Shown here: piece by piece, positions 21,801-30,758 of the stretch
Layout of the letters: the number at the start of each line of letters is the position of its first letter
Position numbering within the stretch: position 1 is the first letter of the stretch
Source of the DNA: Verrucomicrobiota bacterium
GTDB lineage: Bacteria; Verrucomicrobiota; Verrucomicrobiia; Limisphaerales; SIBE01
Reading direction: 5' to 3'
Assembly (NCBI GenBank): GCA_021733945.1
Contig: JAIPJX010000001.1
Coordinates: forward strand, 3,707-67,706
Length of the DNA: 64,000 nt
The notes under the pieces: generated by a model
Databases searched by the model: none
What the model saw: the letters and a program-made list of their open reading frames with translations, nothing else
Told to the model about the DNA's origin: nothing
Translations under genes and position numbers: made by a program

Positions 21801-22079
21801 TCAGGCGTTGGCGGGCGGGGCACGGCTCGGGGAGAGCCGAAACTCGAATGTCCGGGGCTCGGGAAGATTCTGGACCGGAGCCAACTCGACCAGCAGACTC
21901 ACGTCCGGCTGGAAACGCTCCGGAAGATCCCCGGCAACGAAATGATCCCGGGCCAACAAACAGAGAGCGCAGGAGTCAGAGTCGTTTCCGTCCGTGGAAT
22001 GCGTCAGAAGATGCAGATCTCCCAGGGAAACAATGGAAGCCAGCAACAGAAAACCAACCAGAAAAACAGTCGAAACCAT
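21801..22079 (-). CDS. Small secreted/membrane protein with H...H...CxxC motif, unknown function
   Basis: MVSTVFLVGFLLLASIVSLG signal/anchor, then HLLTHSTDGNDSDSCALC. No family assigned with confidence. Confidence 0.45.
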   Translation of the reverse strand: MVSTVFLVGFLLLASIVSLGDLHLLTHSTDGNDSDSCALCLLARDHFVAGDLPERFQPDVSLLVELAPVQNLPEPRTFEFRLSPSRAPPANA

Positions 22080-22217
22080 TCCTGCATTCCGACCGAACCC
22101 CGAAGGTTTTCGTTTCAGTTGCATTCTTTGAGTCCCCCAACTCAACCAGACTTCACCCGAACGCGCAACCCGATTCATCCCCCACTCCCCCCACTCAAGC
22201 TCGGACGAAACTCCCTT

Positions 22218-22253
22218 GTGCAACCTTTTGTTGCACGTGCAACAAAAGGTTGT
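22218..22253. repeat. 36-nt nested palindrome GTGCAACCTTTTGTTGCACGTGCAACAAAAGGTTGT, copy 1
   Basis: Read directly. The 32-nt core is a perfect palindrome, and each half is itself a dyad (TGCAAC-N5-GTTGCA). Near-identical copy at 48384-48419. Confidence 0.8.
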
Positions 22254-22369
22254 CGCCGTCAAGGCGTTGCGCATGAGTGGTTTGGGTGCATGAGCACCAG
22301 ATTCCTGTGCCTGGATCCCCCGGGCTTTTGGCTTGCGGCAGACTCCCGATCTGTTTGAGGATTCCAGCC

Positions 22370-23620
22370 ATGCGCTCCACATCATTCGGTTCCTGCCTTG
22401 CCGTTGTCCTGTCGCTGCTGCAACTCCACGCCGGTGACTGGCCGCGCTGGCGGGGTCCCACTGCCAACGGAGTGGCCGAGGCGGACCAGAACCCTCCGGT
22501 CACCTGGAATGAATCCCTGAACGTTCTCTGGCGGGCGCGGGTTCCCGGAGGCGGGCACGGTTCTCCGACGATTGTCGGCGATGCCATCTACCTCGCTTCA
22601 GCCGATCTCGAACAACAGACCCAGTCGGTAATCTGTTTCGACCGGCGGGACGGAAGGATCGTCTGGCAAACTCCGGTGCACCGGGGGAACCTCGACACCC
22701 ACGGACACCGCAACACCTCCCAGGCTTCCTCAACCGTGGCCTTTGCCGGCGACCGTTTGTACATCAATTTTCTCAACGACGGAGCAATCCATACCACGGC
22801 GCTGGACATCGGGGGAAAGATCCTGTGGCAGCACCGCGTGGGTGATTTTGTCACGCACCAGGGATTCGCCTCCTCACCCGTGGTGCATGAATCCCTGGTG
22901 CTCGTCTCGGCCGATCACAAGGGCGGCGGCGTGATCGTTGCGCTCAACGCGAGCACCGGCGAGCTGGTCTGGAAGCAGGATCGCCCCAGAATCGCCAACT
23001 ACACGTCCCCCGCCATCGTGCGCGCGAGCGGTCGCACGCAGATGGTGGTTGCGGGTTGCAACCTGATTTCGAGCTTCGATCCGGTGTCCGGGAGGAAACT
23101 TTGGGAGACAGCGGATTCGACCGAGGAATGCGTGATCACCATGGTGACCGACGGCGAGCGGGTGTTTGCCAGCGGCGGATATCCGAAGAACCACACGGTG
23201 GCCTTGAACGCGGATGGCACCGGCACGGTTGCCTGGAGGAACACCGCCCGCGTGTATGTGCCCTCGATGATCGTCAGGGAGGGCCATCTGTATGCGGTCA
23301 TGGACGCCGGGCTTGCGGTCTGCTGGAAATCCGACACCGGTGAGGAGCTCTGGAAAGAGCGGCTTGGGGGCGACTTTTTCGCCTCCCCGGTGATGGTGGG
23401 CGATCGCATGTACGCCACCAGCGTGAGGGGTGTCACCTCTGTGTTCGAAGCAACTCCGGGACGGTTTCGATTGCTGGCGCAGAACCAGCTGGGGGACGAG
23501 ACCTATGCCTCGCCGTCGATCTGCGGCGATCGGGTGTACCTGAGAACCGCACACACCGGCAACGGGCGCGCGGAATACGTGTACTGCATCGGAGAAGGCA
23601 ATCGCCCGGTCAACCCGTGA
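22370..23620 (+). CDS. PQQ-like beta-propeller repeat protein, secreted
   Basis: Signal peptide then GDWPRWRGPTANGV. Repeated propeller blades (GRIVWQ, GKILWQ, GELVWK, GRKLWE, GEELWK). Confidence 0.85.
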   Translation: MRSTSFGSCLAVVLSLLQLHAGDWPRWRGPTANGVAEADQNPPVTWNESLNVLWRARVPGGGHGSPTIVGDAIYLASADLEQQTQSVICFDRRDGRIVWQTPVHRGNLDTHGHRNTSQASSTVAFAGDRLYINFLNDGAIHTTALDIGGKILWQHRVGDFVTHQGFASSPVVHESLVLVSADHKGGGVIVALNASTGELVWKQDRPRIANYTSPAIVRASGRTQMVVAGCNLISSFDPVSGRKLWETADSTEECVITMVTDGERVFASGGYPKNHTVALNADGTGTVAWRNTARVYVPSMIVREGHLYAVMDAGLAVCWKSDTGEELWKERLGGDFFASPVMVGDRMYATSVRGVTSVFEATPGRFRLLAQNQLGDETYASPSICGDRVYLRTAHTGNGRAEYVYCIGEGNRPVNP

Positions 23621-23629
23621 CCGGGCGAT
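23601..23629 (+). terminator. 12-bp-stem hairpin overlapping the stop codon (terminator-like, weak U-tract)
   Basis: ATCGCCCGGTCA-ACCCG-TGACCGGGCGAT followed by TTGAG. It lies between convergent genes. Confidence 0.45.
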
Positions 23630-23690
23630 TTGAGAATGATTGAATGAGCTCCTTCCCGGAGTTCTGGAGCAGAGACGACCGCCTGCCGGT

Positions 23691-24767
23691 TCAGTAGACC
23701 CCTTCGACGATCGTCTTTTCCATGGCCCCGAACGGGCGGACATCGGCCACGCCATCCCAGGCGTAGGGTGCCCGGGGCGCGCGCCGGATCGCTTCGTCAC
23801 GTTCCAGAAACCGGGGCATGAAGAATTCCTTCGTAAGCGTGGTCAGCTCCACCCGCCCCCATTCCCCGTATCCCATCGTTTTGTCGGTGTCGTTTGGATC
23901 AACCACACGCAGGACCGCGCGCGGTTGGGGCGCGTAGTAGGTGACGGAGAATTTATCCTCCGGCGTGAGCGGAACGCTGGCAGCCAGCCCCATGAGCGTG
24001 TTCCCGTAAGTGGGATAAAACCCGATTTTATTCTCGAGCACTTCCTCGGTCAGGAACCGGACGTATTGAGGCAGCATCGAAGTGCCGCCGCAGAAGACCC
24101 CGCGAATTCCCGCCTCGTACAGATCGATTTTTTCACCGAGCGACTCCAGGAGTTTTGGCGTGGTGAACAGTCCGCTGATCCTGCGGTTCTTCAGAATGGT
24201 CACCGCCTGGTCGATCACATGTTCCATGTACGCCTTGGCCTGATCGAACTGTTTGGAAGCAATGAGCTTCTTGACCCAGCGCGGATCCAGGTCGACAAAG
24301 TAGCACGACGAACCGCGGACGTTGGCCAGGTGCTCGATGGCCAGGCGCAGGCGCCTCGGCCCGGTGGGGCCGACCATCAACCAGTAATGGTTGCGTGGGA
24401 AATGTTCATCGGAGACCTTGTTCGAGAACTCACTGTAATCGACCTTGTAATCGTCCCAGCCGATGCGCTGCTTGGGCATGCCGGTGGTTCCGCCGGTTTC
24501 GAAAATGTTGAAGGGGCGACCCAGGTATTCTTTGGGAATCCAGACCTCGTTCTGGAGGTCACGGAGCCATTCATCCTGGAAATGCGGAAACCGCTGCAGG
24601 TCCGCGTAGCATTTTATCTCGGTGGCCGGATTCCAACCCGCCTTGCCGGCCCAGTCGAGCCAGAATGGGCAGCCGGTTTCGGGTGAAAAGTGCCATCGCA
24701 CCATTTCACGAACGTGAGCATCGAGCGCCTCCTGCGCCGCTTGAATCTGAGAGGGGTCCACTGGCAT
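23691..24767 (-). CDS. Short PaaK/F390-synthetase-like adenylate-forming enzyme (358 aa)
   Basis: ADLQRFPHFQDEWLRD, FETGGTTGMPK (ANL P-loop-like), TYGNTLMG and GEWGRVELTTLTKEFFMPRF parallel phenylacetate-CoA ligase motifs. The protein ends where the ANL C-terminal subdomain would begin. Confidence 0.7.
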   Translation of the reverse strand: MPVDPSQIQAAQEALDAHVREMVRWHFSPETGCPFWLDWAGKAGWNPATEIKCYADLQRFPHFQDEWLRDLQNEVWIPKEYLGRPFNIFETGGTTGMPKQRIGWDDYKVDYSEFSNKVSDEHFPRNHYWLMVGPTGPRRLRLAIEHLANVRGSSCYFVDLDPRWVKKLIASKQFDQAKAYMEHVIDQAVTILKNRRISGLFTTPKLLESLGEKIDLYEAGIRGVFCGGTSMLPQYVRFLTEEVLENKIGFYPTYGNTLMGLAASVPLTPEDKFSVTYYAPQPRAVLRVVDPNDTDKTMGYGEWGRVELTTLTKEFFMPRFLERDEAIRRAPRAPYAWDGVADVRPFGAMEKTIVEGVY

Positions 24768-24793
24768 GGCTTGCTGGTTCTATGGATTGTTTC

Positions 24794-26413
24794 TTAACGG
24801 TTGGGATTCAGTTTCACCTTGGGAACCTCGTCCCGGCGCCCCGATTGGAGGGCGGAATCGTGGAACGCGTACAGGTGGGTGTTCACGGTCAGATAAACAA
24901 CGCCGTTGGCGACCACGGGCGTCGAGTAGATGGGTGAGTTGAGGTAGGTTTCACTGAGCACCTTCTTCTCCTTGCTGGCGGCCATCACGACGAAATCGCC
25001 GTCCTCATCGCCCAGATAGACCTTGCCGTCGGCCACGAGGGTCGACCCCCACATGTGTGCCTTCATGTCGTGCACCCAGTGAAGCTTGCCGGTTTCGGCG
25101 TCCAGGCAATGCACGAAGCCTGAAAAATCAGCTATGAAGAGGAGTCCTGTCTCCGGGTCAATCGAAACGGTGGAGATGCTGCGGTAGATGTCGCGGTAAT
25201 CCCAGATCAGGCCCGAGTCCGTGATGTCTCCGCTCTTGGTGGCATCCAGACAAAGCAGCCTGCCGACCCCCTCCCCGTGCTCCGGATCCTGTCCGATGGC
25301 GACGTAGACACGGTTCTTGTAGAAGACCGGCGTGGCGTTGATTTCGCTGGGACCGTCCGCGGCGGGGTATTTGATCGGCTTGCCGTTCTTGGTTTTGTAC
25401 TCGGGCGGATTGCAGTCGAACGACCAGGCGGTCTTCAGCCAGGACGCATCCTCGGCCTCATCCCGAACTGGTTTTGCGTCGAAGGCATAACACACGCCGT
25501 CGCCGCCTCCGAAGAAGACCAGCGGTTTGCCATTCACGATTCCGGCGGAGGGTGAGCTCCACTGTCCGTGAAAGATCCGGGTACTGATGCGGGCATCGTC
25601 CTCACCCGCAAGCTTGCCCGTTTTCTTGTCGAGTGCGATGAAGCTCGGCGAGAGCGGCGATGGAATGTTGGAATGGGTCCAATCCTGGCCGTTCGAGGTG
25701 CAGGCGTAAACCAGGTCGCCAATCACGATCACCGAGGAATTGGAGGCGTTGTGCGGAAACACGCCCAACTCATCCATCATGTCGTAGATCCAGATGATGT
25801 CGGCGTCCTTCGGACCGATCGTGGCTTTGGGATTGCCGGGTCCAGCGACATACTGGGCTTCGCCCTGGAACCCCTGATTTCCGTTGCTAAATGCGCTGAC
25901 ATCCAGGCACATGACTTCGCATCGGCTTGTGACAATATAAATGCGATCGTCTTCAATGTTGGGGGACGAAAGAATGCCGAGGTTTTCCCAGTCGTTGACC
26001 TTGCCGGAGGCAAGCTTGGGAACCACCAACTGCCACAGGAATTCGCCGGTCTTTTCGTCGAACACCATCAGGATGCTCCGATCGCCCTGATGCTGGAGAT
26101 CCCGTGCGGAATCATTGTTGGTGCCGACATAGACCCTGCCATTGGCGACGGAGACATTGCCGTAACTTTGGGACCCGAGTTTGGAGACCCACTTGACGTT
26201 CTTGGTGGTGGCCATGTCCACATCCTCGGTGCCGGACTTGAACTTGCCCGGGTCGACACGGTCGGGCAGTCCCTTGGCGGGGGCGTACATGTTTCTTCCC
26301 GGGTCGTTGCCGCCCCATCGGGGCCAGTCCTGTCCCGACGCAACGCGGGACGACAGTGGGAGCAATGCGGAAAAGGCAACGGCAAACAAGAGCTTGGATC
26401 GGTGGTTCTTCAT
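24794..26413 (-). CDS. PQQ-like beta-propeller repeat protein, secreted
   Basis: Start at MKNHRSKLLFAVAFSALLPL, then QDWPRWGGNDPGRN. Blade motifs GEFLWQ, GKLHWV. Confidence 0.85.
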   Translation of the reverse strand: MKNHRSKLLFAVAFSALLPLSSRVASGQDWPRWGGNDPGRNMYAPAKGLPDRVDPGKFKSGTEDVDMATTKNVKWVSKLGSQSYGNVSVANGRVYVGTNNDSARDLQHQGDRSILMVFDEKTGEFLWQLVVPKLASGKVNDWENLGILSSPNIEDDRIYIVTSRCEVMCLDVSAFSNGNQGFQGEAQYVAGPGNPKATIGPKDADIIWIYDMMDELGVFPHNASNSSVIVIGDLVYACTSNGQDWTHSNIPSPLSPSFIALDKKTGKLAGEDDARISTRIFHGQWSSPSAGIVNGKPLVFFGGGDGVCYAFDAKPVRDEAEDASWLKTAWSFDCNPPEYKTKNGKPIKYPAADGPSEINATPVFYKNRVYVAIGQDPEHGEGVGRLLCLDATKSGDITDSGLIWDYRDIYRSISTVSIDPETGLLFIADFSGFVHCLDAETGKLHWVHDMKAHMWGSTLVADGKVYLGDEDGDFVVMAASKEKKVLSETYLNSPIYSTPVVANGVVYLTVNTHLYAFHDSALQSGRRDEVPKVKLNPNR

Positions 26414-26429
26414 GACGAGTTGAAAATTC

Positions 26430-28799
26430 CTAGTGGTTCTGAGTGACCGACACGTTATCGATGTACACGCGCATCTCCTGCGGAGCAAACCCAAACAGCC
26501 CCGGGGATCCGCTTTGATGCGCGTTGGCGTGCGGAACCTCCAGGGTCCACGCTTCGGGTTCCGGATCGCCCTTCGGCCAGGCCTTGGCCCGCACAAAGCC
26601 CGATCCGTCTGCAGCGACATCAACGCGTGTCTTCAGGTGGTACCAGACGTTGGGACGCCATCGGAAATTCGGCGGGTCGGTCATTTCAGGCACCCGGAGA
26701 CGCTCCAGATTGGAGCTGATCTCGAGTTTTTGATCGTTTCCCTTGAGCACGATCAGATAGCGCTGGTTGATCAGTCCCACCTCGGACATCTTGCGGCGGT
26801 TGCCCTCGCTCATGACATCGGCTTCGACCGTGTAGTTCTTCATGTCCTCGCGCCCGAAAAACACCGTGCCGCGCTGGAACAGCTTGTTTTCGATGGTTTT
26901 CACCAAAGCCTGATTGCCCTCGCGCTCACGGACCTCGAATTTGAACCGGGCACCGATCCATGGCAGCGGCGGATAGGAGTACGCCGTCGCGGGCTCTATC
27001 GAGTTGTCGGTGGTCTCGGTGAGTTTGAAGCCCTCGAATTCCTCGGAGAACGGAAACCCGGAAAGCACGCGGCCCCGGATGTAGCCCTTGAGACCATCCA
27101 GCGTCGCCTCAAACGCACCCGCCGAGGGGCTGGATTCGTTCCCGGCCACCAGTTCACCCTTCGCATTGAACGCGCCATTGAGCCGGGCACGCACCTTGGC
27201 CGTCGGCGGGATAAACGATTTCCATTCAACCGCACTCACATCCTTCACTTCCTCCACGAGCAAACCTTTGGCGTCGAGTTTCCGAACCCGGAAGGAGGCC
27301 TTTTCACCGGGCAACAGCAGAACTTCAGACGGGATGATCTGCAACTCTGCGGCCGGACCCGGACGCTGCTCGGCGGGAGCCGCCGCGACCTTCGGCAAAC
27401 CCGGGTTGTCCCCCTTCTTCCCGAAACAGTAGAGATGTTCCTTGGTTTGGATGTAGACCTTTCCGTTGTACGCGGTGGGCGAACCAAAACAACGCCCCTC
27501 CAGCGCCACATGGCTCAGAATCTTGCCCTCGGTTCGGGTCGGTTGAATGACATAAAACGAACCCGAGGTGCCCGCTTCCGGGGATCCTTCACTCCCCTTG
27601 CCCTTGCCCTCCAGCATCGGCGCGAACGCATCGAGCATCGGGACATACAACTTGCCGTCCGCGTACAGCGGGCAGGAATTTCGCTGCTCGATGCCGATCT
27701 TGAGGGTCCAGAGAACGTCGCCGGTCTTTACGTCAACGGCGAAGAGATCGCCCTTCTCGGCCACGACATAGATGGTGTCTCCGACGAGGATCGGGGAACT
27801 GGTGGAGGTGGAGATGTCCCTGCTCCAGATCTCCACTTCGGAACGTTCCACAACGGCAGGTCCGGCCGCCGTGGCGGTCACTTTGGGAACTTTGAAGGCA
27901 ACCATCTGACCGGGTTCATACGGCATGCCGTAAACGGCAATGACGGTGTCGTTGTTATGCACGAGCACCGTGGCGTTGATTCCCCCCTTGGTCAGCGGCA
28001 CGCGCCAGATCGGAGTCCCCGTCCCGGCGTTCGCGCAGACCACGCTGCCGTCGCCGGTGGTGGCGACGAACGCAGGCTGTCCGTTGAGCCATCCGAAGTA
28101 AGGATGGGAGAAGGAACTGTCCTTCGGCCTGTCGGCCGGAGTGGACGCCCAGACCAGTTCGCCCGTTTGTTTGTCAAACGCGTAAAAACGGTCGCCGACC
28201 GGACCGTTGGCACCCCAGTTGGCCGTGATGCCGCGGGTCACCACCAAACCACCCTGCACGGCTGGCGAAGCCGTCCGCCCGTTGGGGAAGGTAAGCCTGC
28301 CATAAGATTCCATCATGGAATGTTGCCACAGCAACTCACCGTCGGCCGTAAACCCAGCCAGGATGCCCTGGGTGCACTGGATGTAGACATTGCCGGTCTC
28401 CGGGTCGATCGACGGACTGGAGGTGGCGTAACGGGTGTATATATTGTCGCTGAGAAAATCGCTGAACAGATGGTCCCAGAGTTTTTTCCCGGTCTCCGCG
28501 TCGAAACAGGCAACCCCCTCCTGCAGGCCGGGGCCTTCGCCGAGATACCCCATCACGTACAGTTTGCCGTTGGCGATCACGGGGGTGGACGCCCCAGGGA
28601 AATCGACGGTGAACAGGTGATTCGGCCCGTTGAGTTCAATTTTGTCCGGCAGACCCCGTTCGGCCGAACTCCCGTTTTGTTGGGGACCACGCCAGTCGAG
28701 CCAACCATGGACGGCGGCATGGGTTTGCAGACCAGTGGAGAGAACGGGGAGCCAGCCGATTGCAAATATGGCCAGGACGGAAAGTTTTCTTGAGATCAT
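26430..28799 (-). CDS. PQQ-like beta-propeller + Ig-like + concanavalin/LamG-like (DUF1080-like) C-terminal domain protein, secreted
   Basis: Start at MISRKLSVLAIFAIGWL, then HGWLDWRGPQQNG and blades GKKLWD, GELLWQ, GELVWA, GTPIWR, GDVLWT. The C-terminal jelly-roll-like segment ends GLFGFAPQEMRVYIDNVSVTQN. Confidence 0.85.
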   Translation of the reverse strand: MISRKLSVLAIFAIGWLPVLSTGLQTHAAVHGWLDWRGPQQNGSSAERGLPDKIELNGPNHLFTVDFPGASTPVIANGKLYVMGYLGEGPGLQEGVACFDAETGKKLWDHLFSDFLSDNIYTRYATSSPSIDPETGNVYIQCTQGILAGFTADGELLWQHSMMESYGRLTFPNGRTASPAVQGGLVVTRGITANWGANGPVGDRFYAFDKQTGELVWASTPADRPKDSSFSHPYFGWLNGQPAFVATTGDGSVVCANAGTGTPIWRVPLTKGGINATVLVHNNDTVIAVYGMPYEPGQMVAFKVPKVTATAAGPAVVERSEVEIWSRDISTSTSSPILVGDTIYVVAEKGDLFAVDVKTGDVLWTLKIGIEQRNSCPLYADGKLYVPMLDAFAPMLEGKGKGSEGSPEAGTSGSFYVIQPTRTEGKILSHVALEGRCFGSPTAYNGKVYIQTKEHLYCFGKKGDNPGLPKVAAAPAEQRPGPAAELQIIPSEVLLLPGEKASFRVRKLDAKGLLVEEVKDVSAVEWKSFIPPTAKVRARLNGAFNAKGELVAGNESSPSAGAFEATLDGLKGYIRGRVLSGFPFSEEFEGFKLTETTDNSIEPATAYSYPPLPWIGARFKFEVREREGNQALVKTIENKLFQRGTVFFGREDMKNYTVEADVMSEGNRRKMSEVGLINQRYLIVLKGNDQKLEISSNLERLRVPEMTDPPNFRWRPNVWYHLKTRVDVAADGSGFVRAKAWPKGDPEPEAWTLEVPHANAHQSGSPGLFGFAPQEMRVYIDNVSVTQNH

Positions 28800-28958
28800 G
28801 ACGAACCTTTCACTCGGGCGACACGCGTCGCGACGATCAGCAGACGACAACGAGAACATTTTTCTTCCCAGGGGCTGGACACTCCATTACACCACTGGAA
28901 GTTTCGAACCGAAATAATACCTACACGTACGAATTGTCAAACTTCAAATCCAACTTCG

Positions 28959-29528
28959 ATGAATTCGAAGCCTGAAACCGCTCCCGTCGATTCCCCTGTC
29001 CGCCGCCGACTTCCGCCGCTCCTGCGGCGCGCCTGGTACGGCCTGAACCAGGCTTTTCGCAGGCGCATCGCGCACACCGGCCTCACACCGGATCAGTTCA
29101 CCGTGATGCGCATCCTTCAGGAATGCGATCCCGAAGGCATCACCCAGCGCGAACTCACCCGGCTGATGTCGAGCGATCCAAACACCGTCGCTTCGTTGCT
29201 CGAACGCATGGAAACCGCAGGGTGGGTCGAGCGGCGGCCCCACGAAAAAGACAGGCGCGCGCACCGGATCCGGCTGCAGAAACGGGGGCAGGGCAAATAC
29301 TCGGAAGCGCGCCGGATCGCCCTCGCGCTCCAGGCGGATGTGCTGGAAGTGTTGCCTGAAAACAAACGCGAGGAATTCCTGGGACACCTCAAACTGGTGG
29401 CGGACGCGTGCCGGGAATCGGCCGAATTGGTCTCGAAACAGCCAAAATCAAAAACACCGGAATCCCGGGCGAAACACGATACCTCCACACCGGATGCAAC
29501 CGCCCCGATCGTGGCTGACCTGCCCTAG
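28959..29528 (+). CDS. MarR-family transcriptional regulator
   Basis: LTPDQFTVMRILQECDPEGITQRELTRLMSSDPNTVASLLERMETAGWVERRPHEKDRRAHRIRL is a winged-HTH MarR signature. Confidence 0.9.
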   Translation: MNSKPETAPVDSPVRRRLPPLLRRAWYGLNQAFRRRIAHTGLTPDQFTVMRILQECDPEGITQRELTRLMSSDPNTVASLLERMETAGWVERRPHEKDRRAHRIRLQKRGQGKYSEARRIALALQADVLEVLPENKREEFLGHLKLVADACRESAELVSKQPKSKTPESRAKHDTSTPDATAPIVADLP

Positions 29529-29657
29529 GTCCGGCACGGGATGCCCCGCCCCCGGTTGTTTCGGGATTTTGGAAACCTCCTGTCGCCAAGGAAGATGGCC
29601 CTGCCCGGTTCCTTTCTCCGGCCTTTACGACCGGGGATTTTCCCATAAACTGCCACC

Positions 29658-30758
29658 ATGGTTCGGGTTGAAGAAAGCAAACTATTCAGCGGAATTCCGG
29701 TCACGGATCTGGCGGGCTTGCGGGATTCGATCGAGTTACGGCACTACACGGCAGGCCAGGTTGTTTTCCGACAAGGGGATTCCGGGGATGGCCTCTATTT
29801 GATCCAGGAAGGCACCGTTGCGATTTCAGTCCGGGTCAACGACGGGGACAAGCACACACTCAGCGAACTGGATGCCGGGGACTTTTTCGGGGAGATGGCC
29901 GTGGTCGACAATGAACCACGATCCGCGACGGCCACCGCCAACACCGATTCCCAGCTCTGCTTCATCCCCAGCGACAAGCTCCTCGAGATGCTGCAGCGTG
30001 TCCCCACTCTGGCGGCGACGCTCACGCGGGAGGTAAGCCTGCGGCTTCGGGAGTTCAACCGGCACTATGTGCAACAGGTCCTCGAAGGCGAACGGATGGG
30101 CCTGGTGGGGCGTTTCGCCGGATCGATCGTACACGACTTCAAAAACCCGCTCAACATCATCGGCATGGCGGCGGATTTTGCGGCCATGGACGATGCCAGC
30201 CTCGACATGCGGCGCACGGCCCGCAACCGGATCCGCAAGCAGGTCGACCGCCTGAGCACCATGATCAGTGAATTGCTCGAGTTCACACGCGGATCCCGGG
30301 GACGCGTGCTCTTTGCCGAGACGCCCTTTGACAGTTATGTGCGCGGGGTGGTGGACGAACTCCGCCCAGCCAACGGCGAAGGTCGCTGCACCCTGGAGCT
30401 CGAGACTGAACCTCCCGAAGTGACGGTGCAGGTCGATCCCAAACGGCTGTTCCACGTTTTCAGCAATCTGATGAACAACGCCTTCGACGCGATGCCGGAC
30501 GGCGGGTCCCTCAGGATCGGATTCAAGCAAACCGACACGCATGTGCTGACCGAGTTTCGCGACACCGGCGTGGGAATCGCTCCTGAAATCGAAGCGAAGA
30601 TGTTCGATGCCTTTGCCACCTACGGCAAGAGCAAGGGCACCGGCCTGGGTCTCTCGATCTGCAAACGCATTGTCGAGGATCATCAGGGAACCATCCGGGC
30701 GTCGAACCACCCGGAAGGCGGTGCCGTCATCGCTTTCTCGCTCCCCATCCTGCGATGA
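29658..30758 (+). CDS. Cyclic-nucleotide-binding domain sensor histidine kinase
   Basis: N-terminal cNMP domain (GDFFGEMAVVDNEPRSATA). HisKA H-box (FAGSIVHDFKNPLN). HATPase N, G1 and G2 boxes (NLMNNAFDAM, DTGVGI, GTGLGLS). Confidence 0.9.
   Translation: MVRVEESKLFSGIPVTDLAGLRDSIELRHYTAGQVVFRQGDSGDGLYLIQEGTVAISVRVNDGDKHTLSELDAGDFFGEMAVVDNEPRSATATANTDSQLCFIPSDKLLEMLQRVPTLAATLTREVSLRLREFNRHYVQQVLEGERMGLVGRFAGSIVHDFKNPLNIIGMAADFAAMDDASLDMRRTARNRIRKQVDRLSTMISELLEFTRGSRGRVLFAETPFDSYVRGVVDELRPANGEGRCTLELETEPPEVTVQVDPKRLFHVFSNLMNNAFDAMPDGGSLRIGFKQTDTHVLTEFRDTGVGIAPEIEAKMFDAFATYGKSKGTGLGLSICKRIVEDHQGTIRASNHPEGGAVIAFSLPILR

Noticed and set aside
22080-22369. Reading the two halves of the 36-nt palindrome as tandem NtrC-like dyads (TGCAAC-N5-GTTGCA, cf. 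TGCACC-N5-GGTGCA), i.e. an enhancer for a sigma-54 promoter.
   Set aside because: I found no GG-N10-GC promoter on either flank. The second copy (48384-48419) lies between convergent gene ends where no promoter is expected.
26433-28793. A 786-aa plus-strand ORF almost co-extensive with the minus-strand PQQ-propeller gene. Similar long antisense ORFs occur at 1559-2845, 4170-5504, 33168-35015, 40226-42070, 52016-54487, 57360-58619, 59161-60768 and 61298-62734.
   Set aside because: These are typical shadow ORFs of GC-rich DNA. Their translations are Arg/Gly/Pro/His-rich and low in complexity, with no recognisable motifs. In every case the opposite strand encodes a protein with clear family signatures.
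28929-28967. CGAATT...AATTCG inverted hexamers around the MarR start codon, considered as a possible MarR box.
   Set aside because: The arms are only 6 bp and ~25 nt apart, and one arm lies inside the coding sequence. This is not distinguishable from chance.
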